Assembly: GCA_013239625.1 (NCBI GenBank)
Contig: MU054391.1
Coordinates: 8,961,095 to 9,025,094, forward strand
DNA: 64,000 nt
Direction: 5' to 3'
Origin: Lama guanicoe
Taxonomy: Eukaryota
Within the stretch, counting starts at the first letter, position 1. Each line of letters opens with the position of its first letter. Below are positions 52,130 through 64,000 of this stretch, one piece after another. Both the position numbers and the translations under genes were made by a program. The notes beneath the pieces are model-generated. The model was given only the letters and a program-made list of their open reading frames with translations. It ran no database searches and was not told the DNA's origin.

Positions 52130-53600
52130 GCTAATCAAGACCAAGTCCTTCGCCATCATGGAGCTTGATTCCCAGTGTTGTGGGAAGAGGAGGGGGAGGA
52201 ATGAGTTTGGTGGAATAGGTAAGCAATAATAAAATATGACGAATTCAGAAAAATGAAAAGTTCTATGAATAAAATTTATAAAAATGAGATGAGAGAGAAG
52301 GCTTTGAGGGTGCGGGGAAGGTGCTGTTTAGCAAGGATGGTCAGGGGAGAACTCTCTGAGGAGGTGACATTTAAGTTGAGGTCACAGTGATAAGAGTGAG
52401 CGAGATATGTGAAAATACAGGGCAAAGAGTTCCTGCAGTCGGAAGGACACCTACACAAAGATCCAGTGATGGAGGTGCAGTTGGTGTGTTCAAGCCACAG
52501 AATGAAGGCCAAGGGAGCAGGGACACAATGAGCCAGGGAGGGCAGGTAGGAAAGGTAGACTGAGACCAAACCCCACAGACCCACGTAGGTCCTATCAGCC
52601 ATGGCATAGAAACTTGATTTTTTTATTTTTGAGATAGGAATCCATGGCAGAGAAAAAAAAAAAGAAACAGATTTACTTTAAAAAAGATCACTAGGCTGCT
52701 GGTTAGTGAATTTACTGCAGAGCAGAAGCGAGGAGAACCGGAGGTGTCATCACAGTGGCACAGGTAAGGGACGCTGATGTGCGCGGGGCTGGCAGCGCCA
52801 GACGCAGTAAGGTGGTGAGAAGGGTTCAGATTCGGGGAACATCTTAGACGTAGTGCTCACCGGGATGCTCGTGGATTGGGGGTGGAGTTGAAGGAAAGAG
52901 AAGAATCAAGGCTGTTTGACTTGAAGTGCTGAACTGCGGTGACTAGGGGAGGAGCAGATTAGGGTGTCTGGGAGACTCCAAGGGTTTTCTGGAAGCCTTA
53001 AATTTTGGATACACATTAACTATCCAAGTGAAAGCGTTGAGAAGGCTATTTGATATTTGTGTACGGAACTCACCGCGGAGGGCTCAGAACTGGTCACATG
53101 AATCTGTCACCAACAGGAAGGCAGTAAAGATAGAAGGACTACAATCGCTTCAGGAATGGGAGTGGAAGAGAGAAGTTGAACGTGACTGAATTCTGGGCCC
53201 TCTAAAGCGAGGGGTGGGGGAAGAATCCAGCAAAGTAAACCAGAGATTGGGAAACTTTTTCTGAAAAAGGCTGGACTGTCTTGTCTGTTCCCGCCTCAGC
53301 TCTGCTATTGTATTTTGAAAGCAGCCACAGACAAAATAAAAACAAATGGGCATGGCTGTGTTCCAAGAAAACCTGATTTACAAAAGGAGGCAGGAAGCAG
53401 AATTTGGCCAGCAGCTGTGATCTGCCACCTCTGGAGTGGATGTGAAGGAACAGCGATGGTGATTGAAAGAAAACCAGCCACCGTGGTGTCATAGAAACCT
53501 GGAGAAGGCGCTTTAAGATGGAAAGAGGAGTCGATCAGGTCAGACTGAGTAAAAAGAAGCCTGAGCAGGAACGCTTTCCAGCTGCAAGTGTCTTTGTGGT
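52130..53600 (-). mobile_element. Long L2 (L2a-like) fragment
   Basis: ctctctgaggaggtgacatttaagttgagg...aagatcactaggctgctgg...aaggaaagagaagaatcaagg...gtggtgtcatagaaacc. Confidence 0.85.
53241..53433 (-). mobile_element. MER58A-like MITE inside L2
   Basis: cagagattgggaaactttttctg...aaagcagccacagacaa...aatgggcatggctgtgttccaa...tgccacctctg. Confidence 0.85.
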
Positions 53601-53746
53601 CTGCTGAATGTGGTCTGTGAATGTTTTCCACAATATCCTGGGGCTGTAGCTCTTTCTGCCTGCAGTGTGCTCCACCAAAAATCTGTTTCATGAATTCCCA
53701 CTCATTCTTTTTGATTTTCAATCATACCTTGACCCTAGAAGCTTTC

Positions 53747-54523
53747 TGCAGCAGACAGAATAACAGCCGCCCCAAAATCTCTACATCCTGAGCCACGGAA
53801 CCTGCAGGGATGTTCCCTGTTACCTTGTGGGTATGACTGAATTAAGGATCTTGTGATGGGGAAATTATCCTGGGCTACCTCGGTCCGATGGCTGAATTGC
53901 GTTCCTCAGGTTCCGTATATCGAAATCCTAACCCCAAGGACCTCAGAAAATGATCTTATTTGGAAGTAGGGTGATTGAAGAGGCTAAGATGTGGTCATAC
54001 TGAAATATCGTGGCCCTTTAACCAGATATAACTGGCGCCCTTATAAAAGGCCAACAGACCACCAGAAACCAGGCAAAACTCCTGGAACAGATGCTCCCTC
54101 ACAGCCCTCAGAAGAAACCAACCCTGCCAACACCCTGACCCCACACTTCTAGCCTCCAGGATTGTAAGACGATAAATTTCTGTTGGTTGTAGCTTTGCAC
54201 TCTGTTACTGTGACCCCAGCAAATGAATACAGACTCTTAAAGGTGAAAGAGGGAGGCAGGAGAGGAGGGGAGAGTGACGCAGAGGTAGAAGAATGGTCAG
54301 AACTTTGAAGATGAAGGAAAGGGACCGTGTGCCAAGGAAGGAGGGCAGCCTCTGGACACTGGGAGCCTCCAGAAAGCAACGCAGCCCTACCCGCACTTTG
54401 ATTTTAGCCCAGTTGAGACCCGAGTTGGACTTCTGATCTATACACCATCATGATAGTAAATCTGTGTGGTTTTAAGTCCCTAATGGTAGTAATTGGTTAC
54501 AGCAGCCACGGCAACCTAATACA
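53747..54523 (+). mobile_element. MLT1D-like MaLR LTR containing a nested second LTR
   Basis: tgcagcagacagaataa...gatggggaaattatcctgg, resuming at aaagagggaggcagga...ttgattttagcccag...ctaataca. Near-perfect 5-bp TSD ctttc / cttcc. Confidence 0.8.
53885..54231 (+). mobile_element. MLT1B-like MaLR LTR nested in the MLT1D-like LTR
   Basis: ctgaattgcgttcct...tcctaaccccaaggacctcagaa...cttatttggaa...ccctcacagccctcagaagaaaccaaccctgccaacacc...gaataca. Confidence 0.8.
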
Positions 54524-55399
54524 CTTCCCAGGGTTCAAGTTCTTCACATCCACTCCCTGCACAAGGCCAGCTCCTGTCACTGTGGCTGGACCAGGAATAT
54601 CTTAAAGGCCAGGGTCAGGTTTTACTCATATTCTGATCTCCTAGGCAGAGCAGATACTCCGTAAATAAATGTAGGTTAATGTATGTTGATGAATGTGTCT
54701 TTCAGCATGTTCACTGCTAAGCTACTCGCGTTTTAATTTTCTGGACTAGAAGCTCATTTTGTTTACATTTCTTAATCAACTTTATTACATTTGATTGGAC
54801 TACTCTAAACTGTCCTAAGCTCTTCTGAAATTCAGAACAAAAACAGAAGAAGACTTTGAAGACCCAGGAAGAAACAGGACCCATCGGGAAAGTGTCTCTG
54901 GCAGAAGGTTGTGATGTGAAGTCACTTGACCTAATTTGCTGCAAATCACTCCTGAGTATAGCGCAGTGGGCAGATCTGAAGGGACAATTTCACAGGAGGA
55001 GTTGAGCCGAGCTGATCCTTAGCCATCTGCAAATCCATTTAGCCTTAATGGCGAAATAATAATAAATTTCATTATGATTTATTGAAAACTTCTTCTAATG
55101 ATTCTAGATATGTTTATGGAGTCAATTTTTTTTTAATGTTGGAACTGCAAGTCCAGCTCTCCATGTCCCTGTGCTAAATATCGCTAAGTATGAATGAGAT
55201 TCTACTAAATGCTGAGTTAATTATGGATTCTCCAGGATGTCCTTGATTGCAAGCTCAGCAGCAGCCTTGCCACGGAGTTAAAATGTATTACAATCTGTCT
55301 CTGAAACAGAAGAACCCTTCATTTCGGACAATGGAGAAGCAGCTGATAGTTACAATTAAGTCAAATCCAACCAGATGGAAACCTCAGTTGTAACAAGTG

Positions 55400-55640
55400 C
55401 TGAACAGCGCCTTTGTGTGACTGTAACTCAAACATTTTTTAAAGTTATCACAGTGCGCTGCATCTTTACACTTTATCTCATTTAATCCTCCCCTCAGTGT
55501 ATGAGGTAGCTTTTCTTGTCACTAATTTGTACATGAGGAAACCAAAGACAGGCAAGTGGAAAAGACTTAAGCAAGGTCACGTAGAAATTTAACAGTAGAT
55601 CCGAAACCTGTATAAACCTCTGACTAGAGCACCATTTGCC
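55400..55640 (-). mobile_element. MIR SINE
   Basis: tatctcatttaatcctc...atgaggaaaccaaagac...caaggtcac. Confidence 0.75.
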
Positions 55641-55976
55641 TCTAATGCACAAACTCCAAGAGGAATAGACAACTCGTTCTCCGACTCCAAAATGATTGCA
55701 GTTTATCAAAAGAATTGGCTCTTGCTTTTCAGATTTGAAGGGGACACTGGATACATAATCTCCCACGTCTTGGCACATGAGCTGCCTCACCAAAGAGGAA
55801 CCTGGCACTTAGCATAGGTTAGTGAAGGAAGGAACCAGAACCAGAATCCAGGTTTCCATGACCTCCCTTGGCTCTCCTCAGCAGCACACACAGAGGGAAC
55901 GGTTTGCAAAGAATTACAGCAACTGTATCACCCAGTGCCAAACAGTGAAGAAATCACAGCATCAAGGTGTGCTTAG

Positions 55977-56997
55977 AGCTGGCTGGGGTGTATTCAGGGA
56001 GGATTCTTGCAAGTAGCAGGCTCAGAAGCAAGCAAGCAAGCAACCAACGAAATGGAAGCACAGCCTTAGAAGCAGAGGCTGGTGTGTGCTTAATAAATCA
56101 TCAGTAAATACCACACAGGACTAGACATGTAAGTAAGTTTGGCCATAACACAGTGTCATAAGGGGAATGGCAGAAATTGGAAGGCATGAAAATATATCTG
56201 TACGAGCAGCTCTTTCTGCATGGAATGTATTTTCCCAGCTTTTCCCAACCTTCTGCCTACTGAAATATCATTCACGTCCAAACCAAAGGCCACTTTCTTC
56301 ATGAGCCTCTATTACCTTTCCGTGGCAGAAAGGTCTTCTCCAGTCTCACTTTATTTGCTCCAACAGCAGAGCATGCATCTTGGTCTCACTCAACTTACAT
56401 CAGTGAGTTGAGCAGGTGTTCTCTCTCTCAAGGATTCTTGAGGGCAGAGATTCTGTGTGATTCACACCCTGTGATCACCTGCAAGGTCAGAAGGAGGTAG
56501 GACATGAGATGACCCCAGAGGCAGTGGGAAGGAGACGTCTCTGAAGACATGGTGGAGCGGAAGGGATATTCATAAAATCTTTAATCAACTGACCAAACTG
56601 AGGAAAGAAGAGAGACGTTGGGACCAAGTGAGAAGCTGAAAAACAGTAGATCTTGTTTCAGCTGCCCGGAGGCTCAAAGGCTTACCCAGTTTTTGAGCAG
56701 AAGGGCAGGCTGAGGAAGACTGACCTGGATAAGCTGGGGGGCTGGTGAGGCCACGTGACCCAGGATCGAAACACAGAAGATGAACATTTGGTGGGATTTC
56801 TTGGATGTTTCTGAGACATTTAGCTCAGGTAGAGCAGAAGCAAGACAAATATTTAAGTGATGCAGAAGGATGTGATCACTCTGAATCCCTGTGGAGCCCA
56901 GCTGGCTGGGACAGATTCAGGAAGGATTCTTGGAAATAGCAGGCTCAGAAGCAGGCAACTAATCAAAGAAATGGAAGCACAGCCTCAGAAGTAGAGG
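55977..56997 (+). repeat. Diverged ~100-bp direct repeat, copies at 55977-56078 and 56900-56997
   Basis: agctggctggg...ttcagg.aggattcttg...tagcaggctcagaagca...gaaatggaagcacagcct.agaag.agagg is present twice. Confidence 0.9.
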
Positions 56998-57069
56998 TCT
57001 TCAGAATGGGCTCCAGGACATTCAGTGCACAGATGTCCTCAGCTCCTTCCTGCCATTATCCACCAGAGC

Positions 57070-57555
57070 TCCCCGCAGACGCAGGCACTGCTGTCCACCT
57101 TTGCCTCCATTTCTGATGCTTCTTCCTCTCCAGTCATCTGACACCTGCTGAGCACACTTCTTCTACCCAGTGCCTTTCTGATCGTGGTTCCATTGCCTGG
57201 GATGCCCCCAGCAGGTGTCCACCTGGCTTGCTCCCTCGCTTCCTCCATGTTTTTCCTCAAAAACTCCTTTATCAGCAAGGTCTTCCCAAATATTAAAATG
57301 AAAAAAGCAAATCATCTCTCTGTTCACCCTCTCTCTCCATCTCTCTGATGCTGCTTTACTTCTCAGCACAGTCATTTTCATCATCTGACTCCCTACATAT
57401 TTACTAATTTATTAATTTATTTCTGTCTCTTACCTGGAAGCATGTTAAGTTTCCTGGGGGCAAGGACCCGTCCATTTTGAGCTCTTATGTATCCAAATGC
57501 CTATGGCAATGTTTGACTCGCTGTAGGCACTAAATGAACATACGCTTAATGAAGA
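57070..57555 (+). mobile_element. L2 3' fragment
   Basis: ggttccattgcctgggatgccc...ctgctttacttctcagcac...tgtaggcactaaatgaa. Confidence 0.75.
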
Positions 57556-60069
57556 AACCAGAATGCTACACTACTTTTAGCTACAAAAAGAAACCTTTTG
57601 TCCATCACTCTACAGAAAATCGATGCTGCCTGGCTCCACCTACGTCCATGTCTCTAACACCAGCTTGAATCTAGTTGAAATTAACTGCTGATTTGAATCC
57701 AATGCATGTTCAAGGGCTGACATTTCAAACCTTCAGCTTCTCCAAAAGCCCCAGTTCTGAATTATAGATTTTGCCTCTCCTTCTGTATTAAGTCCCAGCA
57801 TATGCTGCTGCTGAGCCCACCCAAGTTATCACAAAATGTGGGTCTGATGCTCAATATCTCTTTCCCGAAAGATCTGAAAGAGTGTAGCAGAAAGCACAGT
57901 GGAAGCCTCGCACAGCATTCCTGCAACCATTCTAGCTCATTTTGAACAGAAGCTGATACAGACTGACTACCTTTATGTGGTAGCAATTTATCATGCTTAG
58001 AGTCTCTTTTTTGAACATCAATCTTATAAATTTACCAGGAGACATAATAGTGTAAATATATTATTCATAAACTAGAATGAATCCCCACTCACCAGTATAA
58101 CCATTTTGACAATAAATCATAACATGTAAATAGGTTTTTCTTCTTTGTAAATTTTTTTTCTTATTTGGAGACTCAACAAAATACATCTTTAAGCAGGACA
58201 AAGAGCATTAGAAAGAATTCTCTGAGCAACAGAAACTCAAAGAGGAACCTGGATTAAATGCACAAACACAAGGGAACACTGTTGAACTGAGATAATTTTT
58301 TCTTTTCAGAGTTGCTAAACCATTTAAAAATCCTCATTGTTTCTTTTAGTTGTACCAAAAGCTAGTTATTCTAAGCCACTGGGCATTCTGGGTAAATACT
58401 ACATGCCTAATAATTCTCAAATGGCTTGAAGATAAGGCCACTGATTATAAAAAGCAGCCAAAAAGTGGTATCTTAAAGTAGATATCATATATGTAGAGTG
58501 AAAAAAAATGCATGATTCCTATAGTTAGAACTGAGTTCATCATTTCTCAAGTTACTATTAGCAATGATATTAAATTTACTTTTTCTCACTTGCAAAGGGA
58601 GAATCATACTATACTTTACCCTATATCACAAGATATATAGGAGTTAAGTAAATTAATGCACATGGCCATGTTTAATGACAAGGTATAATACAAATATGAC
58701 AGATCATTAACACATTTTGATGCAAGACTATACCAAATTAATTTAGAAACTTTAATCATAACATATGTTGGGAAACAACAAAAGAGCAACTGAAAATGTT
58801 ACAATGAACGAGCTTACTTCTATTAGAGACAAGGGGAAAATGTGGTTGAACCTGGGATAGAAATCTCTAATTTGCATGTTTGGTTTAATTTTATAAGTCA
58901 CACTGGAATTTAGTAGCCATCACACAATTCAGATCAATAACTTACACAACACGCAGAGTTCATACGCAAGTCAAAATATCAGGTTGAAGTAATCTGGCAC
59001 TCTACGTGGGGTAATACTGACGTGTAACTCAGAAATGACCTGCGTCTAAAGACTTCAGCTGGTGACCTCCAGGTTCAGGAACTATTCTTTGTTATTGAAT
59101 GGAACTGATTACAAGAAGCTTTTGGGTTGATGAGATGATCTTTCTCTTGGTAGGTCTTGGTATTTCCAAGAAGCATGAAGTAAGTACGAGTAAATATAGC
59201 CCCTCTGCTTTGTCATCTGCTTTCTGTCAGTTCTATTAAATAATGCTCTCAGGAAAGATTATGAGTCTATGAAAATACAGAAGTAATTAAAGAAACTGTC
59301 AATACATTTTCCAATGTGCTGATGGAAAGAGTTCAGAGAACTGAATTGTTGAATCTGTTACTATTCTCATGAACTTGGACCAATGATTTGATCTCTCAGA
59401 GATGGGGTTTCTTCAGCTGTAGAGTAGGCTGGCAAAGTTGAATTTTACTTCAGTGTGCTATTTAAAGACACTATGACATTCTACAGAAAGAGTTCTGAAC
59501 ACTGAAGAACATCATATGCGTTGTACTACTAGTAATGGTCAGTGTTGTTATAAACGAGAAGCAAGGAAGACTTAGTCATTTACAGTCTCTGGGCCTGAGA
59601 TACACCCTCAGCAGAAGCGGAAATGAATTTGCGCCTGGCTGATTCTCAGGACGGCTGCAAAGCTCAAATGACACCATATGTCTGAAAGTGCTTTGCAAAC
59701 TATACTGAGTTTGACAGAGTGGTTAACATGCCGATATCTCCTCATAGGCACTGTCTTAAGATGTTGAATTTTTCAGATCTTTTAGAGCCAGAAGCATCTG
59801 ATCACACAGCTAGGTTTTCTCTCCTTTCATTACATATTTACTCATCATCCCTCTGGATAATTAACTGAAAGCAAAACAGGCAGGAGGTAGACTAGAAGTA
59901 AATGTTGCAGTTAGACGCACAGTACAATTTGGAGGTGTGGAGAAGAAAACAGAAGGAAGTTAACAGACTAGGTGCCACTGAGTTTGCATGAGATCATAAA
60001 TAAATACTGGCACCAGAATTCAAGCCCAGATCTGTCTCCTGAGAATCTGTACTTTGGAAAACATTAAGG

Positions 60070-60230
60070 CTCACTATATCACATCGCCTCATTTTGCAAG
60101 TCCAAGAAATCAAAGATCAGAGAGAGAAACTGACTTGCCCAAGGTCACATAGCTATCAGTGGTAGAGACTAAAACCCCGGAATCCCAACCACATCTGCTA
60201 CTTCCAGTCAGTGCACCTTCCTCCATCACC
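60070..60230 (-). mobile_element. MIR SINE core
   Basis: cctcattttgcaag...tgacttgcccaaggtcacatagctatcagtgg. Confidence 0.8.
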
Positions 60231-61444
60231 CTGCGCTCAGGGTCTAACAGTGGCTAGTGCAGCATTTCAGCTGAAGGGCACAGAAGGAGACGACAGGGCA
60301 CGATCCCTGCTTGCCGCCTTCCGGTGACTCCCAATCTAGCAGCCTCCACTTGAAAATGTGCCTCATGTGTGCAACCCAGGGTGATCTCTTCTGACCATTC
60401 CTCTTTTTCAGATCACTTCTACACATTTTCGGTATAGGGGGCTGGACGGAGTGAAGGCAAAGGGGAGATGACTGAGTAAGTCTGAGTTGGAACCTGGTTA
60501 TTTGTGATTTTTTTAAAAATTCACAGTTCACAACAGGTGATTCTAACATACATTATGAGGGATAATGATCACAAATGTGATTCTTTTTTACATATTTTCA
60601 TACTATTTTTTACTTAACATGAATTAGTCTTATATCCTTAGTTAAGACCCGGGACTAGGACTAGAGATTGTTTTTGAGTGGATCAGAAACAGTTGCACCG
60701 TGTTTTTAAGCCATATGCCAAGAATCACACCATGAGTCTGTGATCTAGGACACCCCCTGAGTCCTGACCAGACCTCACCCCACCTTCTCCCCAGGGCCCT
60801 CCCACTCTCCCACTCAAGCCTGAGTCTCCCATTTCTCGGAGAAGAGTGGCCCAGGTATTTAAAAGTATTTGGTCTTGTGTGCCCATAGTGTGCATTTCCC
60901 TCACCAGTCTAGGGGCAGCCCCCGATTTTTTTTTTTAACCCAAGATGCAAAGAGAGAGTCTGTCAAGGCTGAACCCACCCCCACTCATTTAATTTACAGT
61001 GACAATTACAACCAACAAAGAGAACAGCTGTTCTGTGTTTTCTGACAAATACTTTTTATCCCTGTAGAAGAATTACGTGGCAAATCAAATTTTAGCCAGA
61101 CTATTTCTCATGAAGAATCAGAAACAGAGGAGGTAAGTGTGAAAGCTTAGCATCAAATTGCATTAAGTAGGCCAGCCTGGTACACCAGGCAAGAAGAATC
61201 CTTGGGCTGTGTCCAGGACAGTGCCGGGATGGGCACAGCCAAGGGACAAAATTCCTCGAGGAATTCCTTGACAGTGTTCACATGGCAGCTCCAGCCTGCT
61301 ATGCGGTAGTGCTCAGTGAAGACCAGTTGGTGGTTGGAATTAAAAAACACTATGTCTTAGGCATTGGCCCTTCATGCTTTGAACCCATCTGTACCACTTA
61401 ATCTACACCATCTTACACACTACTCCCTCATCGACTTCTCCCAC

Positions 61445-61745
61445 CGTCAGTCAGTCAGTCCAGGCTGCTGTGACAAAGTACCGCAGACTGACAGACAGAA
61501 ATTTCTCACAGTTCTGGAGGCTGGAAGTCAGGATGCTAGCCTGGCTGGGTCTGATGAGAGCTCTCTTCTTGGTTTGCACACGGCTCTGTCTTCACATGGT
61601 GGTGGTGGGGGTGAGTAAGCACTCTCGTTTGTTTTCTTATAAGGACACTAATGTCACCAGCAGGGCTCCCCTTCAAGATCTAATTACCCACCCAGGGGCT
61701 CAGGGTTTCGGCACCAGACTCCGGGAGGGCACAAGCAAGCATTCC
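61445..61745 (-). mobile_element. MaLR solo LTR (MLT1A-like)
   Basis: ggctgctgtgacaaagtaccgcagactg...tttctcacagttctggaggctggaagtc...cttataaggacactaat. Confidence 0.85.
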
Positions 61746-64000
61746 GCTGCCTCCTTCTCCCTTTCTCTTTTTCCACAATTCCATTCAGGGGCTTTGCTGC
61801 CTCCTTAGGCCAACGATTAATTTTGGATTAAACATCTCCATTTAGACTATGACATCCCCTCCACACTGATATTCAACCTCTAGCTTTGCCTAAGGCTCAA
61901 TGAGACCAAGAAGTCAGACTTGGGGGATCAGGCAGCCTGTGTCATAAATGTTTGTTAAACAAAAGAACGCCAGGGTCAGTTCATTGTGTTTCACTTTGGA
62001 TGAGAAGAGCTGAAATCCTTAAATAAAATACACCTGGAATTATTTTGCTAGTAGGTAACAGACTACCATTTATTTCCAGAGATCCGTCTAAAGGAAATAT
62101 GACACAGCTATGTTATTCACAAAGAAACAAGACACAGATAAATTAGATACAGATGAAGAGGCGGGCACGTGTATACACATATGATATATATTGCTTTCAG
62201 ACAAAACAGTTCTACAAACTTCTGAGGTGTATGACCATATAGGTGAATCAAACATGTTTCATCAAAGCATCTGAAGGATCTATAATTTCTAAAATACAAA
62301 ACATCTCCGAAGCTCTACTACTGACTTCATGTATCGCCTCAACGATTATTTTCTAATCCAGTGCAAGAGGCTGGTTAGTGTTTCAGCGTGAAATGTAATT
62401 TCCGATTAACCTGGGTCTCATACCTGAGGACCTTGCTGGGAGTCAGTAGGTTGAATACATGAATAATAAGTGTATGAGGACTATGTTCTTGTTAGCCTTT
62501 TAGGCAGCTGTGAAACCCCCTCAGCGGACATTTTCCCACTTTGGGACTGGGAAGGGGCAGATGCCTCTGCACGGGAGGGAAAAGCACTCTGATGCAGCAG
62601 CCATCAGTGCATGTACAGAACGTCTGAAAAGGAAACTAACGTGAATTCTGCGTTTGCCGTGTGACAAGTGCGTCACACCCACCATCTCTTTCTGGTTCAC
62701 ATCAACCACTGGGTAGGCAGCACAGCCCCCCTTCTATAGACGAGGGAGGTGGGCTGATCGTGAGGAGATTACCCACCACTTAGGTTACAGCAGTGGAATG
62801 GCTAATCTTGGGCTTGAATCGACCCATCTGTCTGATTCCAAGGCTCATGCTCTTCAACTCCACGCTGACTCTTACTGTCTGTTCTCTGCCTACCCTCCCC
62901 CCCAACGCCGCCTACGGATTACGTAGGACAGCAGAGCTTCCTAGACCAGCATGACTTGTTTTCCAGGAAGCCTCCCCACAGGGGAAAGTCAGAGCTTTTT
63001 CTCACACTCCTTATCTCGTTAACCCAAGAATGGAGAAACTGAAGTGGTGGGTCAGGATCCCGGTTCATTCTCACCCCTCTCTAGGCAGTAAGCAGTCAGC
63101 ATTTACACTATGATTAGCTGGAGATGATAACTGTATTTAAAAACCCAGGTGTGACCCCGTCAGGGTGATCAAAGGCAGCCTTTGTGATTTAATGCTGTTC
63201 CAAAATAGTCAAGGGAGTGGCTGCTAATTAAGGAGTGAAACTCTAAGCACCCAAGAAAGAACCAACCAACAATTATGAGACCTTTGAGGTTAACACAGCA
63301 GTTTTCCTGCCTGACCTCATTTCCAGAAAAGAAGAAATCACCGTTTGTTAAGGGCTTCCAGTGTTTCCAGCACCAGGAGGGGCACTTCATACCTGCTGTC
63401 TCAGGGACGAACAGAACAGCAGGTCGATGTCAGTGCCCTGTCTCACCGCCCGTGATGCTGAGGCCAGAGAGCAGGGCGATGTGCCTGCTCCTCCTCGCCA
63501 CTCGCTGCCCAGCATCAGCCTCGTGCCAGCTGCCCAGAGCTGCCGACTCTCATCCGTCCCTTCCTCAACTTCTTTCTAATTCTAGAACCAACCGGATGAA
63601 AGCAGTGAAAAGTTTGGACAGGACACAGAATAGCTAAGCAAGTAAAGGTCTATCACTGAATTCCTTAGTGGTGGTACGGGAGCATCAAAGGTAGAGGGAT
63701 TGACAAAGGAAAGCAGGCTCACTTCTGGATACTACTATGTGCCAAGCACTGTGTGAAGCACCTTAAAGTCATTATTCCATATTCTAGTCACTCTGAAGTT
63801 ATTATCCCATTGAATCAGCATAACCCAGCAACTATTGTATGTGAACATGGCGTTCGGAACTTTAAAGTCTTTATCCACTGACTCACCACAATGCTCATTT
63901 CAAAACAAAACAAAAAAATGGCACCATGGAAGCCATTTCACTATTTACCATATGCTGTTAACTGGCTACAGGAAGACTCAAATTCGAATCTTTCAACCTC

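Noticed and set aside
1..64000. CRISPR array, operon or other prokaryotic or viral system
   Set aside because: No regularly spaced repeats, no long ORFs and no gene-dense structure. The sequence is repeat-rich mammalian DNA.

Overview
Mammalian non-coding DNA, almost certainly from a camelid (alpaca, llama or camel). The host call rests on a tRNA-Ala-derived Vic-1-type SINE and camelid-type L1 3' ends. I recognise no protein-coding gene, functional RNA gene or prokaryotic system. The ORFs that resemble real proteins are L1 ORF1/ORF2 remnants, and the rest look like chance ORFs. A large share of the window is interspersed repeat: L1 of several ages (one copy running from 5' UTR to poly-A at 28.7-33.8 kb and a young 5'-truncated copy at 14.0-16.7 kb), L2, MIR, MaLR (MLT1) solo LTRs, a MER41-like ERV1 LTR and hAT-Charlie DNA transposons. 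The most unusual observation is a ~230-bp TSD-flanked element at 22946-23173 (minus strand). It joins the first ~65 nt of an L1 5' UTR (with the YY1 motif) directly to the last ~160 nt of an L1 3' UTR and a poly-A tail, making it a candidate bipartite non-autonomous mini-L1. Repeat family names come from remembered consensus sequences, not from a database search, and most boundaries are approximate.
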